DNA of 30,532 bases from a virus (taxonomy: Duplodnaviria; Caudoviricetes). The position numbers and the translations under genes are program-made. Positions 1 through 7,967 of the stretch are shown piece after piece. The DNA lies in IMG/VR virus record IMGVR_UViG_3300020045_005271, positions 1-30,532 of that record; one strand, written 5' to 3'. The notes below the pieces were generated by a model, which was given only the letters and a program-made list of their open reading frames with translations, made no database searches and was not told where the DNA came from. Every line of letters begins with the position of its first letter. Positions within the stretch are counted from its first letter, which is position 1.

Positions 1-2
1 TG

Positions 3-122
3 GGACGGTATCTGTCGGACATTGGGTTTAATACTAAAAAAAGCAGTGGAATATTTAGAGTATTTGGAACTCTTGACGCGGCAATTGAAGCGTTTGAAGT
101 GTTCGAAAAGGTGAAAATCTAG
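3..122 (+). CDS. C-terminal end of an ORF running in from the left, possibly a primase/helicase
   Basis: Open frame GRYLSDIGFNTKKSSGIFRVFGTLDAAIEAFEVFEKVKI ending at TAG 120-122. The product is inferred only from its position next to the iteron array. Confidence 0.45.
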   Translation, partial: GRYLSDIGFNTKKSSGIFRVFGTLDAAIEAFEVFEKVKI

Positions 123-125
123 TCA

Positions 126-417
126 AACTATCCCAAAAAAACGCAAACTATCCCAACTTTTAGCCCAACTATCCCAAGTCATAAAAACGTAAGTTATTGT
201 TTAAAGTATATTAATTATTATTTTGGGATAGTTGGGATAGTTGGGATAGTTATAAAACGCATATACGCACACACACACGCACACGCACACGCACATGGAA
301 AAATCACCAAAAAACTATCCCAACTGTCCCAACTATCCCAATCCCTTGCTATTCGTGGCTTACAGACTGGGATAGTTTTGGGATAGTTTGGGAATTTGGG
401 ATAGTTTTGGGATAGTT
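126..417. repeat. Iteron array, candidate replication origin
   Basis: AACTATCCCA at 126, 146, 167, 313, 322 (one mismatch) and 331. Its reverse complement TGGGATAGTT at 224, 233, 242, 368, 379, 397 and 408. AT-rich spacer at 181-223. Confidence 0.85.
190..202 (-). promoter_or_regulatory. IHF-like binding site within the origin candidate
   Basis: TAAGTTATTGTTT matches the reverse complement of WATCAANNNNTTR with one mismatch. Confidence 0.5.
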
Positions 418-437
418 TATTAACAACAGGAAACATC

Positions 438-665
438 ATGACTTGCAAAAACTTTAAGCCAGACCACTCAACCGAATTAGACGGCTGGGGACAATGTCAG
501 AAAATAATCGATTTTAAAGCCAAAGGAGCGACACCAGCTATGTGCATATCAGTTATTCACGAAAAGCTCAATGGTGGGCAATTTTGCGCGGGAAATTACA
601 TATTTGAAAGGGCTTGTTGTGATGAAACGAAAGGCTGTGAAAAGTTTGAAGAATCGGATAATTAA
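438..665 (+). CDS. Cys-rich hypothetical protein
   Basis: 75 aa ORF with upstream AGGA. Starts TCKNF and ends GCEKFE, a common pattern in small phage metal-binding proteins. Confidence 0.75.
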   Translation: MTCKNFKPDHSTELDGWGQCQKIIDFKAKGATPAMCISVIHEKLNGGQFCAGNYIFERACCDETKGCEKFEESDN

Positions 666-680
666 TGGTAATTTAAAATA

Positions 681-709
681 TTGATAATTATCTTAAAAGC
701 GACTATCAT
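681..709 (+). promoter_or_regulatory. Sigma70-type promoter
   Basis: TTGATA (681-686), 17 bp spacer, TATCAT (704-709), in an intergenic gap. Confidence 0.65.
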
Positions 710-758
710 TTACCCAGCGTCACAACTGGTGGCGCGTTAATCAAAAATTGGAGATATT

Positions 759-944
759 ATGGGAATCGAAAAAAGAAAAGTCGGGAGACCGTCAAAGTAT
801 GAGCCTACCAAGCCAGTTAATGGAGAGTTAAGTCACAAGCAGTTTGATAGACTCAGCGCGTATTGTGCAAAGAATGAAGCTGTTAAGCAGCGTGTGGTGG
901 CGCGGGCGATACAAGAATTTTTAGATAGGGAGGAGCTGGCATGA
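759..944 (+). CDS. Small DNA-binding protein, ribbon-helix-helix-like, with an N-terminal GRP motif
   Basis: KRKVGRPSK, then a short strand and two helices (LSHKQFDRLSAYCAKN, KQRVVARAIQEFL). GGAG RBS. Confidence 0.65.
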   Translation: MGIEKRKVGRPSKYEPTKPVNGELSHKQFDRLSAYCAKNEAVKQRVVARAIQEFLDREELA

Positions 945-1396
945 TTCAAATATACGAAACAAAGCGACCCGCGAAAAGCATAGGGTGGAATAAACACATC
1001 ATCTACCTAGGAACAGTCAGATCATACAATGAGCACGGCATTAAGCGAGACCCGCCACGCCCAAGGTCATCTTTTACAGTTACCGACAATTATTACAAAA
1101 ACCTATTCGCAGAGTTTTTGCTAAATAAAAATGATTTTTTAAAGGACAAAGGTGGGCGCGAATTGTTTTCAGTCGCTGAAATAGCTGAAACTATGGGGGT
1201 GTCAGTAACTCGATTGTCACGACACATGGATGATAAGTACATGGCGGTTTTTAGAGGGGCTAAGATTTACATAAAATCATTTGCCTGTACCCAGTTGTAC
1301 GGCAATGCAATATCTCTAAAAAATCACGCTATGTGGGCTAGTGCATCGGTAAAAGAGTGTAATGCGCACCTTGATAAATATCGGGCGAAGCCATGA
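941..1396 (+). CDS. Hypothetical protein with an HTH-like motif
   Basis: FSVAEIAETMGVSVTRLSRHM. ATGA overlap with the previous gene and GGAGG RBS. Confidence 0.65.
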   Translation: MIQIYETKRPAKSIGWNKHIIYLGTVRSYNEHGIKRDPPRPRSSFTVTDNYYKNLFAEFLLNKNDFLKDKGGRELFSVAEIAETMGVSVTRLSRHMDDKYMAVFRGAKIYIKSFACTQLYGNAISLKNHAMWASASVKECNAHLDKYRAKP

Positions 1397-1629
1397 AATG
1401 CACAAATTGCAATCACTTTGATACTTGTGCAAACCGCAATAAGTACGGTAAAGGCAAGGAAATGTACCCACCAGCGACACGGCTTGGAGTAAAGCCGTAT
1501 TGTTATGAGTGCCTACATATTTGGATGGTGATAGCATCCAGAAGGATTAGACAGTGCGTGAATACCGATTGCGGTTTGATTAAGCCGCTAAACGATGATA
1601 GCGTGCAAATTAAGCACACAAGGGGATAA
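1393..1629 (+). CDS. Cys-rich (Zn-binding-like) hypothetical protein
   Basis: CTNC, CYEC and CVNTDC motifs; ATGA overlap. Confidence 0.75.
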   Translation: MKCTNCNHFDTCANRNKYGKGKEMYPPATRLGVKPYCYECLHIWMVIASRRIRQCVNTDCGLIKPLNDDSVQIKHTRG

Positions 1630-1632
1630 AAT

Positions 1633-1869
1633 ATGATAAACGTAAAATTATTGACACTGCTAACACATGAAGAATTAGGTCAGTATGCAACTCACATTAG
1701 AACTGTAATCGACTGCGAGACAATTCTAGGAGAATGTAATTTAAGTATAGATTTAGCTAAAATTATTTTTGCCCAAAAAGTTGATTCAACGCTTGCTTAT
1801 AAAAACCTAGAATGGGATTGCATTCAGCGCATTAACTCAATTTTGGATTTGTGTCATGGCAAAGCCTAA
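1633..1869 (+). CDS. Hypothetical protein
   Basis: 78 aa, tightly packed in the operon, GGGG RBS. Confidence 0.7.
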   Translation: MINVKLLTLLTHEELGQYATHIRTVIDCETILGECNLSIDLAKIIFAQKVDSTLAYKNLEWDCIQRINSILDLCHGKA

Positions 1870-2044
1870 CGAACAACAGCTTTTAAATGCACGCGCCCGT
1901 GCAGTTGGTCATCGAATCGAGAATCTAGGCGCAGCGGGTAGTTATCGGGTGCATAATAAGGCAACTGGCGCGTATTTTATCGTATCAAAGAACGCTGAAT
2001 TGAGAGAGTTAATTGGTAATTTGGAGAAAGAGGCGTTAGCATGA
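1856..2044 (+). CDS. Hypothetical protein
   Basis: 62 aa, overlaps both neighbours. Confidence 0.7.
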   Translation: MAKPNEQQLLNARARAVGHRIENLGAAGSYRVHNKATGAYFIVSKNAELRELIGNLEKEALA

Positions 2045-2307
2045 CAGCCACACACTGCACAAACACAGACTGCTTGATCAGACAAACATGCAAAAAAGGT
2101 CTACCGATGCAAGACGGGCAGAGGTTTTTATTTTTATACCCTAAAAACGGCTTTCTGCAATGCCAAGACTTTGAGTGCTTAGAGTGTCATTTTAACCACG
2201 TTCACTTAGAGACACGCAAGCAGTGCCGAAAGTGCGGGAAGTATGAGAATGATGGTATAGAGTATATTTGTGTATGGCAGTTGACACCTGACGCTAGAAA
2301 TGCTTAA
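2041..2307 (+). CDS. Cys-rich hypothetical protein
   Basis: HCTNTDCLIRQTC, CLEC and CRKC motifs; ATGA overlap. Confidence 0.75.
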   Translation: MTATHCTNTDCLIRQTCKKGLPMQDGQRFLFLYPKNGFLQCQDFECLECHFNHVHLETRKQCRKCGKYENDGIEYICVWQLTPDARNA

Positions 2308-2314
2308 ATACGTC

Positions 2315-2404
2315 TAACAGTTCTCCAGCCTGTTGTTTTTCTCTATAATATGCTTTCTCCTAAATTGACCGCTACTTGAATTCCAACAGGTAGCGGTTTT
2401 TTTT
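2315..2404 (+). ncRNA. Candidate small RNA with anti-Shine-Dalgarno seeds
   Basis: Non-coding gap with TTGACA at 2281 upstream, two TTCTCC motifs and its own intrinsic terminator. Complementary to several phage RBS regions (see findings). Confidence 0.55.
2368..2404 (+). terminator. Rho-independent terminator
   Basis: Stem ACCGCTACTTG / CAGGTAGCGGT followed by a T run. Confidence 0.85.
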
Positions 2405-2431
2405 CGACTAAATTTTAGATTGTGGTATGAT
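2403..2431 (+). promoter_or_regulatory. Candidate promoter for the lysis/packaging operon
   Basis: Extended -10 TGgTATGAT (2423-2431) with a weak -35. Confidence 0.5.
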
Positions 2432-2455
2432 TAATTTATTTTCGGGATTTTTGTT

Positions 2456-2746
2456 GTGTCAGAAAGCCATACTTTAAGTGAGCGTGTTGCAGTTACGGAA
2501 AACGATATTGAGCATATTCAGCTCGATATTAATGAGATTGCACGGCTTGCTAGAGAATCAAGCGCACGACACGATGAAAAGCTAGAGCAAGTTTTAACGA
2601 TTGCAGTTGAATTAAAACAAGAGCTTACTCGTTACAAGATTGTAAGCGGTACAGCAGTTATGATTTTAGGTGGATTATTAGCAGGTGCTAATTATTTGAT
2701 GGGCGTTTTTGGCGTGAGTATCGCCGATATTTGGAGCAAAAAGTGA
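2456..2746 (+). CDS. Coiled coil plus one C-terminal TM helix (XhlA/holin-like membrane protein)
   Basis: LSERVAVTENDIEHI heptads, then hydrophobic IVSGTAVMILGGLLAGANYLMGVFGV. Lies at the lysis-cassette position. Confidence 0.6.
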   Translation: MSESHTLSERVAVTENDIEHIQLDINEIARLARESSARHDEKLEQVLTIAVELKQELTRYKIVSGTAVMILGGLLAGANYLMGVFGVSIADIWSKK

Positions 2747-3054
2747 GTTTATTTGATTATTTTAGAAGAAAAAAAGACAAGGCAGCTATTGTTGCCTCAA
2801 AATCAGTTAATCCAGTAATAAAAACAACAACAACTGTAGTCAAAAGAACCAGCAAAGTGTCGCCATCTTTTGCATCGAGAGCTGATGACAATTATCAGCA
2901 AACTAATAATTTATTATTGTACGCCGCCGTAATGGATACTGCATCAACCGACTCATGCAGTCAGAGTTCGCATGACTATGGGTCAAGTTCATCAAGTTCT
3001 AGCTACGATTCATGTAGTTCTAGCGATTCATCAAGTGGAGGCGGTGACTGGTAA
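2743..3054 (+). CDS. Hypothetical protein with basic N-terminus and Ser/Asp/Gly-rich tail
   Basis: GTG 2743 follows GGAG and overlaps the previous stop (GTGA). Ends SSSYDSCSSSDSSSGGGDW. Confidence 0.75.
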   Translation: MSLFDYFRRKKDKAAIVASKSVNPVIKTTTTVVKRTSKVSPSFASRADDNYQQTNNLLLYAAVMDTASTDSCSQSSHDYGSSSSSSSYDSCSSSDSSSGGGDW

Positions 3055-3218
3055 TGAAGGCATATATAAAAAATCGATTGTCAGAGTCGTCAACTTGGCG
3101 CGGATTAGTGCTATGCGCCACAGCAGCAGGCGCGTCAATTAGCCCTGAATGGACAAATGCAATCATCACACTTGGAATGGCATTAGCTGGCGGTATTGGC
3201 GTGGTAAGTGAGGACTAA
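3054..3218 (+). CDS. Small two-TM holin-like protein (not in ORF track)
   Basis: 54 aa MKAYIKNRLSESSTWRGLVLCATAAGASISPEWTNAIITLGMALAGGIGVVSED. RLxExSTWRGL pattern recalled from small phage holin-like proteins; TAATG coupling at both ends. Confidence 0.75.
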   Translation: MKAYIKNRLSESSTWRGLVLCATAAGASISPEWTNAIITLGMALAGGIGVVSED

Positions 3219-3637
3219 TGACACAAGACACGATAGCAACAAAATGGGATGATGTAGAGAAACCTAATCACTATGAAGACCATCCAAGCGGTGTACCTTG
3301 TCGTGACATTAGTAAGCATCTAAGCGGGTTTTTATCGCAAGCATTTCAGTACGTATGGCGGTTCGATGACAAAGGCGGCACTCAGGATTTAGAAAAAGCA
3401 GTTAAGTGCATTAATATTGAGCTGACCATAGAGCAACCGATCCATTTACAACCATCTCTTATTATCGATAATCTTAATCTGGTTTTATCGAGCGAACCTG
3501 ACGCGCAAAAAGCTGAAGCACTGCGTCACATAGTCTTTGCTAACACGGCAGGACTACCAGAAAGACGGCAACATTTAGCACGAGCTATTAGCATTATTGT
3601 GGATATGGTTTTGATTGGGACCGGCGGGATAATGTAA
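3218..3637 (+). CDS. DUF3310 domain protein
   Basis: DDVEKPNHY...AFQYVWRFDDKGGTQDLEKA matches the DUF3310 signature. Confidence 0.85.
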   Translation: MTQDTIATKWDDVEKPNHYEDHPSGVPCRDISKHLSGFLSQAFQYVWRFDDKGGTQDLEKAVKCINIELTIEQPIHLQPSLIIDNLNLVLSSEPDAQKAEALRHIVFANTAGLPERRQHLARAISIIVDMVLIGTGGIM

Positions 3638-3783
3638 TGCCCCCTATTAACCTTTATTGCCTACCGAGCCAAGATTGGTTTGATAAATTGCAGACGAGAC
3701 CACACAGCCGCGAGACTGTGAACAGGCAGCCGATAAAAGCAGTTGAACGTAAACAGCCGCGTGAATTAATGAGGAGTAGATAA
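3637..3783 (+). CDS. Hypothetical 48 aa protein (not in ORF track)
   Basis: MPPINLYCLPSQDWF...ELMRSR. TAATG-coupled and fills the gap to terS exactly. Confidence 0.55.
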   Translation: MPPINLYCLPSQDWFDKLQTRPHSRETVNRQPIKAVERKQPRELMRSR

Positions 3784-3784
3784 A

Positions 3785-4168
3785 ATGGCAGCAGGCGCAA
3801 AAGGAAAATACTGCCCTGAAATCGTTGAAAAGATAGCCGGTTATGTTGCAGAAGGTAATTATGCAAGCGTAGCCTGTGCGCTTGCTGGGGTATCGGAAGC
3901 TAGCTATTACGCATGGTTAAAAGATGAAAGCAAGCCTGAATTTTTAGAGGCTATAAAAGAAGCCGAGGCGGTAGCCGAAGCAGAAAGCATAAAAAGCATA
4001 CGCGAAGCCGGGAACAATGGGAGTTGGCAAGCACACGCATGGTATTTAGAGCGCAAATTCAAAGACCGCTGGACTAAAGAAGAAACGAAGAATATCAACC
4101 ACAGCGGCTCAGTTGACCCAAGCAAACGAACACTAGACGACTATTACAAAGACAGTGGCACTACTTAA
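3785..4168 (+). CDS. terS: Terminase small subunit
   Basis: KYCPEIVEKI, HTH ACALAGVSEASYYAWL, WQAHAWYLER; directly upstream of terL. Confidence 0.8.
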   Translation: MAAGAKGKYCPEIVEKIAGYVAEGNYASVACALAGVSEASYYAWLKDESKPEFLEAIKEAEAVAEAESIKSIREAGNNGSWQAHAWYLERKFKDRWTKEETKNINHSGSVDPSKRTLDDYYKDSGTT

Positions 4169-5543
4169 TCCAGCACTACGTCCATTTTGGGAGGTCAGAG
4201 CAAGAAACCGCGTGCTAGAGGGCGGTAGAGCGTCATCAAAAAGTCACGAAGCAGCTGGTAAAGTGGTAGATATTGCCGCAAATTGCCGTGTTCGTGTTCT
4301 GTGTGTTCGCCAGTTTCAAAACAAAATAGCCGATTCAATTTATACGCTGTTAAAGGCAAAGATTGAGCAGTTCGGCTATGATCACCTATTTAAAATCACA
4401 GACAATTCCATTATTTGTTTAACGACAAAATCAGAGTTTATGTTTTATGGTCTTGCCAGAAACATCACTGAGATTAAATCGCTTGAAGGTATCGATATTC
4501 TTTTAAGCGAGGAATCGCATCTGCTAACCGCCGAACAATGGGATATTTTAGAGCCAACTATCAGAAAAGAGGGAAGCGAGTGCTGGTTATTATTCAATGC
4601 CCGCTTTGCTACTGATTTTGTGTGGAAACGTTTCGTAGTTAATCCACCACCAAACACAATCCACCGACATATTGATTATGATGAAAACCCGTTTTTGTCT
4701 CAAACCATGCTGGATATTATTGAAGCGGCAAAGATTGAAGACTACGAACGATACTTGCACATTTACAAAGGGCAACCACTTAGTGATGACGATGAAGCGG
4801 TAATAAAACGCTCATGGATAATTGCGGCGATTGACGCACACATTAAGCTAAATATTGACGTGTCAGGGCGCAAGCGGATAGGTTTTGACGTGGCAGATAG
4901 CGGCGAGGATGAATGCGCAACAGTCGCTACTTATGGATCACTAACAACAAAAGTGACAAAGTGGAAAGCTAAAGAGGATGAGCTTTTACAGTCATGTACT
5001 AAAGTGTGGACGATGGCAAGCGAGGACGAATCGCTAATCTTTTATGATGCCATCGGAGTTGGTGCATCTTGTGGTGCAAAGTTTAAGGAGATAAATGAAA
5101 TCAGGAAAGCAGACATAAAGCATAAAAAGTTTTTTGCCGGTGGTGGTGTCGATAATCCAGATGCTTTTTGCAAAGGGACAACAGTAACAAACCGCGATTA
5201 TTTTGCTAACATCAAAAGTCAAAAGTGGTGGGACGTGGCAAAAAGGCTAGAGAACACTTACAACGCAGTGATAAAGGGACAAGCATTTAAAGATGATGAA
5301 ATGATTTTTATCGATGGGAGTATTGCGCACCTTGAGCAGCTTACCGAGGAACTAAGCACGCCAAAGAAATCATTTGATAATGCAGGGCGCGTTATGGTTG
5401 AAAGCAAAAAAGATTTAAAGAAACGGGGTATTGCGTCACCAAACATAGCGGACGCATTTATAATGGGGCATTTGGTGCCGTTTGAAAGACCAGTACCGCC
5501 ACAACACACGCACAAAGGACACGCAACATCATGGCAAAGCTAG
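4155..5543 (+). CDS. terL: Terminase large subunit (PBSX / Terminase_3 type)
   Basis: Walker A GGRASSKSH, Walker B ILLSEE, PTIRKEGSE, nuclease motifs GFDVADSGED and SPNIADA. Confidence 0.97.
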   Translation: MALLNPALRPFWEVRARNRVLEGGRASSKSHEAAGKVVDIAANCRVRVLCVRQFQNKIADSIYTLLKAKIEQFGYDHLFKITDNSIICLTTKSEFMFYGLARNITEIKSLEGIDILLSEESHLLTAEQWDILEPTIRKEGSECWLLFNARFATDFVWKRFVVNPPPNTIHRHIDYDENPFLSQTMLDIIEAAKIEDYERYLHIYKGQPLSDDDEAVIKRSWIIAAIDAHIKLNIDVSGRKRIGFDVADSGEDECATVATYGSLTTKVTKWKAKEDELLQSCTKVWTMASEDESLIFYDAIGVGASCGAKFKEINEIRKADIKHKKFFAGGGVDNPDAFCKGTTVTNRDYFANIKSQKWWDVAKRLENTYNAVIKGQAFKDDEMIFIDGSIAHLEQLTEELSTPKKSFDNAGRVMVESKKDLKKRGIASPNIADAFIMGHLVPFERPVPPQHTHKGHATSWQS

Positions 5544-5707
5544 AAGAAGTAATATTAGACAGTGCGAATAACACCACCGAAGACCTTAGCGACGAACGTA
5601 GGGCAGAGTTAAAGCAGCTCTATCCAGACACTTTAACGCTTGAAGAATGCAATAGAAAGATGCTAATAGACATACTAACCGCACAAGGTGTAAATAATGG
5701 CAACTAA
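5531..5707 (+). CDS. 58 aa mini-protein resembling a portal fragment (not in ORF track)
   Basis: MAKLEEVILDSANNTTEDLSDERRAELKQLYPDTLTLEECNRKMLIDILTAQGVNNGN. Overlaps the terL stop and portal start; AAGGA upstream. Confidence 0.7.
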   Translation: MAKLEEVILDSANNTTEDLSDERRAELKQLYPDTLTLEECNRKMLIDILTAQGVNNGN

Positions 5708-7865
5708 AGACAAAGATAAAGCCGATGGCGACAAAGACGAAAAGCTAATCGCGCGCGCTAAACAACGATTTACGGACGCGATGAGCGAGGAAGCGACGCA
5801 GCGCGAGGAAATGTCACGAGATACTAAATTCGTTAAGCTGGGTGGAGTGCATCAGTGGGATGACGCAGCGGTTCAGTCACGGCAAATGGTGGGGCAGGAA
5901 CGCCCGATACTTACTATCAATAGACTATCAGCGTTTATTTTTCAGGTGGTGAATGAGTTAAGGCAAAACCGCCCCGCTATCAAAATACGCCCTTGTGATG
6001 ACCACGCAGATATTGAAACCGCTGAAATTCTACAAGGCGTAATTCGCAATATTGAAAGTCAATCAAACGCTGGCATAGCATACGAAACCGCAGCAGACGC
6101 AATGGTTACTCAGGGGCTAGGGTATTTCCGCATTATCCCGCAATACATCACTAATGATTCATGGGAGCAAGAGCTAGTTATTAAGCGTGTACCAGACACT
6201 TCCAAGGTGGTTTCCGATGCTAATAGCACAGAGCCAGACGGATCAGACTATCGCTGGGGTGGAATCATGGAAGAAATACCGCGCGATGACTTTGACGAGC
6301 AGTACCCTGAAGAATCACAAGGTTGGGTTGCTTCGGGCGCAACTGATAGCGAATGGACAAATAAAAAAGTAGTCCGTATTTTTGAATATTTTGAAAAGAA
6401 AGAAACGCCTGAAAAAATCCATGTTTTAACCGATGGTCGAGTTATTTGGGATAGTGAGTTAAAGGAAGGCGACGTTATCAAGGATAGTCGCAAGTCATCA
6501 AAAACTAGCGTGATGTGGTACAAGCTTGGCGCGGATTGCGTACTTGAAAGCACCGAGCTACCAATTACCTCAATTCCGATTATTCCTTGTATTGGCAATG
6601 AAGTCTGGACAGACGGCAAGCGAACTATTTACGGCTTAACACGACACGGTAAAAGCCCACAGCAGCTGTACAATTATCAGTCTAGCTGTGAAGCCGAATA
6701 CTTAGCTCTATCGCCATTATCGCCATTTATGGCAAGCGTTGAAGCGGTACAGGGTTATAGTGACGACTACGCAGTAGCAAATAGAAGCCCAAAAAGCGTT
6801 CTTTTTTACAATGCTTATGATGAAAGCGGCAGGGCATTACCAAAGCCCGAACGCCAACAGCCAGCACAAGTACCAACAGGCATAGTTAATGCAAAAGCAG
6901 CGGCTATCGATGACATTAAAAGCTCGCTTGGTATCTATGATGCTACGCTAGGGAACAACCCAAGTGATCAAAGCGGAAAAGCGGTTCTATCATTGCAGCG
7001 GCAAGCATCACAAGGCACGTTTCACTATTCGGCTAATATGGCGCGGTCAATCCGTCAAGCAGGCAGGATATTGGTTGAATGGATACCGAAAGTCTACGAC
7101 ACCGCGCGAATCATGCGCATTATTGGTGAAGATGACGAGATTGACCACGTTAAAATTGACCCAGAACTGCAAGGCGCGAAAGGAGAAATTGAAGATGAAC
7201 GCGGCGAAATACAGAAAATATACAATTTGTCAGTTGGTCGTTACGATGTTTATGCAGATGTGGGCGCAAGTTACGCAACCAAGCGACAAGAATCAGCCGA
7301 AAGCATGATGCAATTGGTACAATCGTATCCTGATATTATGCCGATTGCTGGTGACTTGATTGTAAAAAACTTGGACTGGGCGGGTAGCGACGCAATCAGC
7401 GAACGCATGAAAAAGATGTTGCCTCCTCCACTTCAAGAGCCAGAGAAAGGACAGCAAGCACCCGATCCAGCGGCACAGCAAGCTGAACAGCAAATGGGGC
7501 AGATGGCAGACCAAATGGAACACATGAGTCAAGAAATAGCACGGTTGAGTGATGATAAAGACCTGAAAATGATGGAACTTGATATTAAGCGGTACGATGC
7601 CGAGACTAAGCGCATAAAAACTATTGCTGATATTGAAGCGGGAACGCCAGAAGGCATTGAGCCAACAACGCTTGAAATTGAAGCGCACGCTAACCAAATG
7701 ATGAACGATGAACATGCTCGTGAACTTGCGATTAAACAAGAAATACACAGGCAGCACATGGATTTAAACCCACCACAACAAACGCCGCAGGAATCGCCAC
7801 AGGGTGAAGCGGCTGAACCAGTACAAGAACCGATAGCCATTGAACAAGCAGAACCTATACAATAA
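5697..7865 (+). CDS. Portal protein, P22 gp1-like, with C-terminal coiled-coil barrel
   Basis: 722 aa; RPILTINR...NELRQNRP, SGKAV...Q, YDTARIMRIIGED, GRYDVYADVGASYATKRQE; follows terL. Confidence 0.95.
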   Translation: MATKDKDKADGDKDEKLIARAKQRFTDAMSEEATQREEMSRDTKFVKLGGVHQWDDAAVQSRQMVGQERPILTINRLSAFIFQVVNELRQNRPAIKIRPCDDHADIETAEILQGVIRNIESQSNAGIAYETAADAMVTQGLGYFRIIPQYITNDSWEQELVIKRVPDTSKVVSDANSTEPDGSDYRWGGIMEEIPRDDFDEQYPEESQGWVASGATDSEWTNKKVVRIFEYFEKKETPEKIHVLTDGRVIWDSELKEGDVIKDSRKSSKTSVMWYKLGADCVLESTELPITSIPIIPCIGNEVWTDGKRTIYGLTRHGKSPQQLYNYQSSCEAEYLALSPLSPFMASVEAVQGYSDDYAVANRSPKSVLFYNAYDESGRALPKPERQQPAQVPTGIVNAKAAAIDDIKSSLGIYDATLGNNPSDQSGKAVLSLQRQASQGTFHYSANMARSIRQAGRILVEWIPKVYDTARIMRIIGEDDEIDHVKIDPELQGAKGEIEDERGEIQKIYNLSVGRYDVYADVGASYATKRQESAESMMQLVQSYPDIMPIAGDLIVKNLDWAGSDAISERMKKMLPPPLQEPEKGQQAPDPAAQQAEQQMGQMADQMEHMSQEIARLSDDKDLKMMELDIKRYDAETKRIKTIADIEAGTPEGIEPTTLEIEAHANQMMNDEHARELAIKQEIHRQHMDLNPPQQTPQESPQGEAAEPVQEPIAIEQAEPIQ

Positions 7866-7953
7866 CCCTGATTTTATCGAAGCAGCCGAATATGCCTATT
7901 TTTTAGGCGTACTAACTAAAAAACAGTATTATGATTTGCTGAAAGGTGTATAA
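7840..7953 (+). CDS. Possible 37 aa mini-protein (TTG start; not in ORF track)
   Basis: MNKQNLYNNPDFIEAAEYAYFLGVLTKKQYYDLLKGV overlaps the portal stop; no clear RBS. Confidence 0.4.
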   Translation: MNKQNLYNNPDFIEAAEYAYFLGVLTKKQYYDLLKGV

Positions 7954-7967
7954 TTAATTTGCAATAA

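Noticed and set aside
126-417. CRISPR array
   Set aside because: Repeats are 10 bp, in both orientations and irregularly spaced, with no unique spacers of constant length.
218-448. 76 aa minus-strand ORF with WDSWDSWDS and CACACAC
   Set aside because: Translation artefact of the iteron and CA repeats.
3637-3783. Possible terminase N-terminal fragment (INLYCLPSQDWF)
   Set aside because: Resemblance to TerL is too slight to claim; no collinear second segment.
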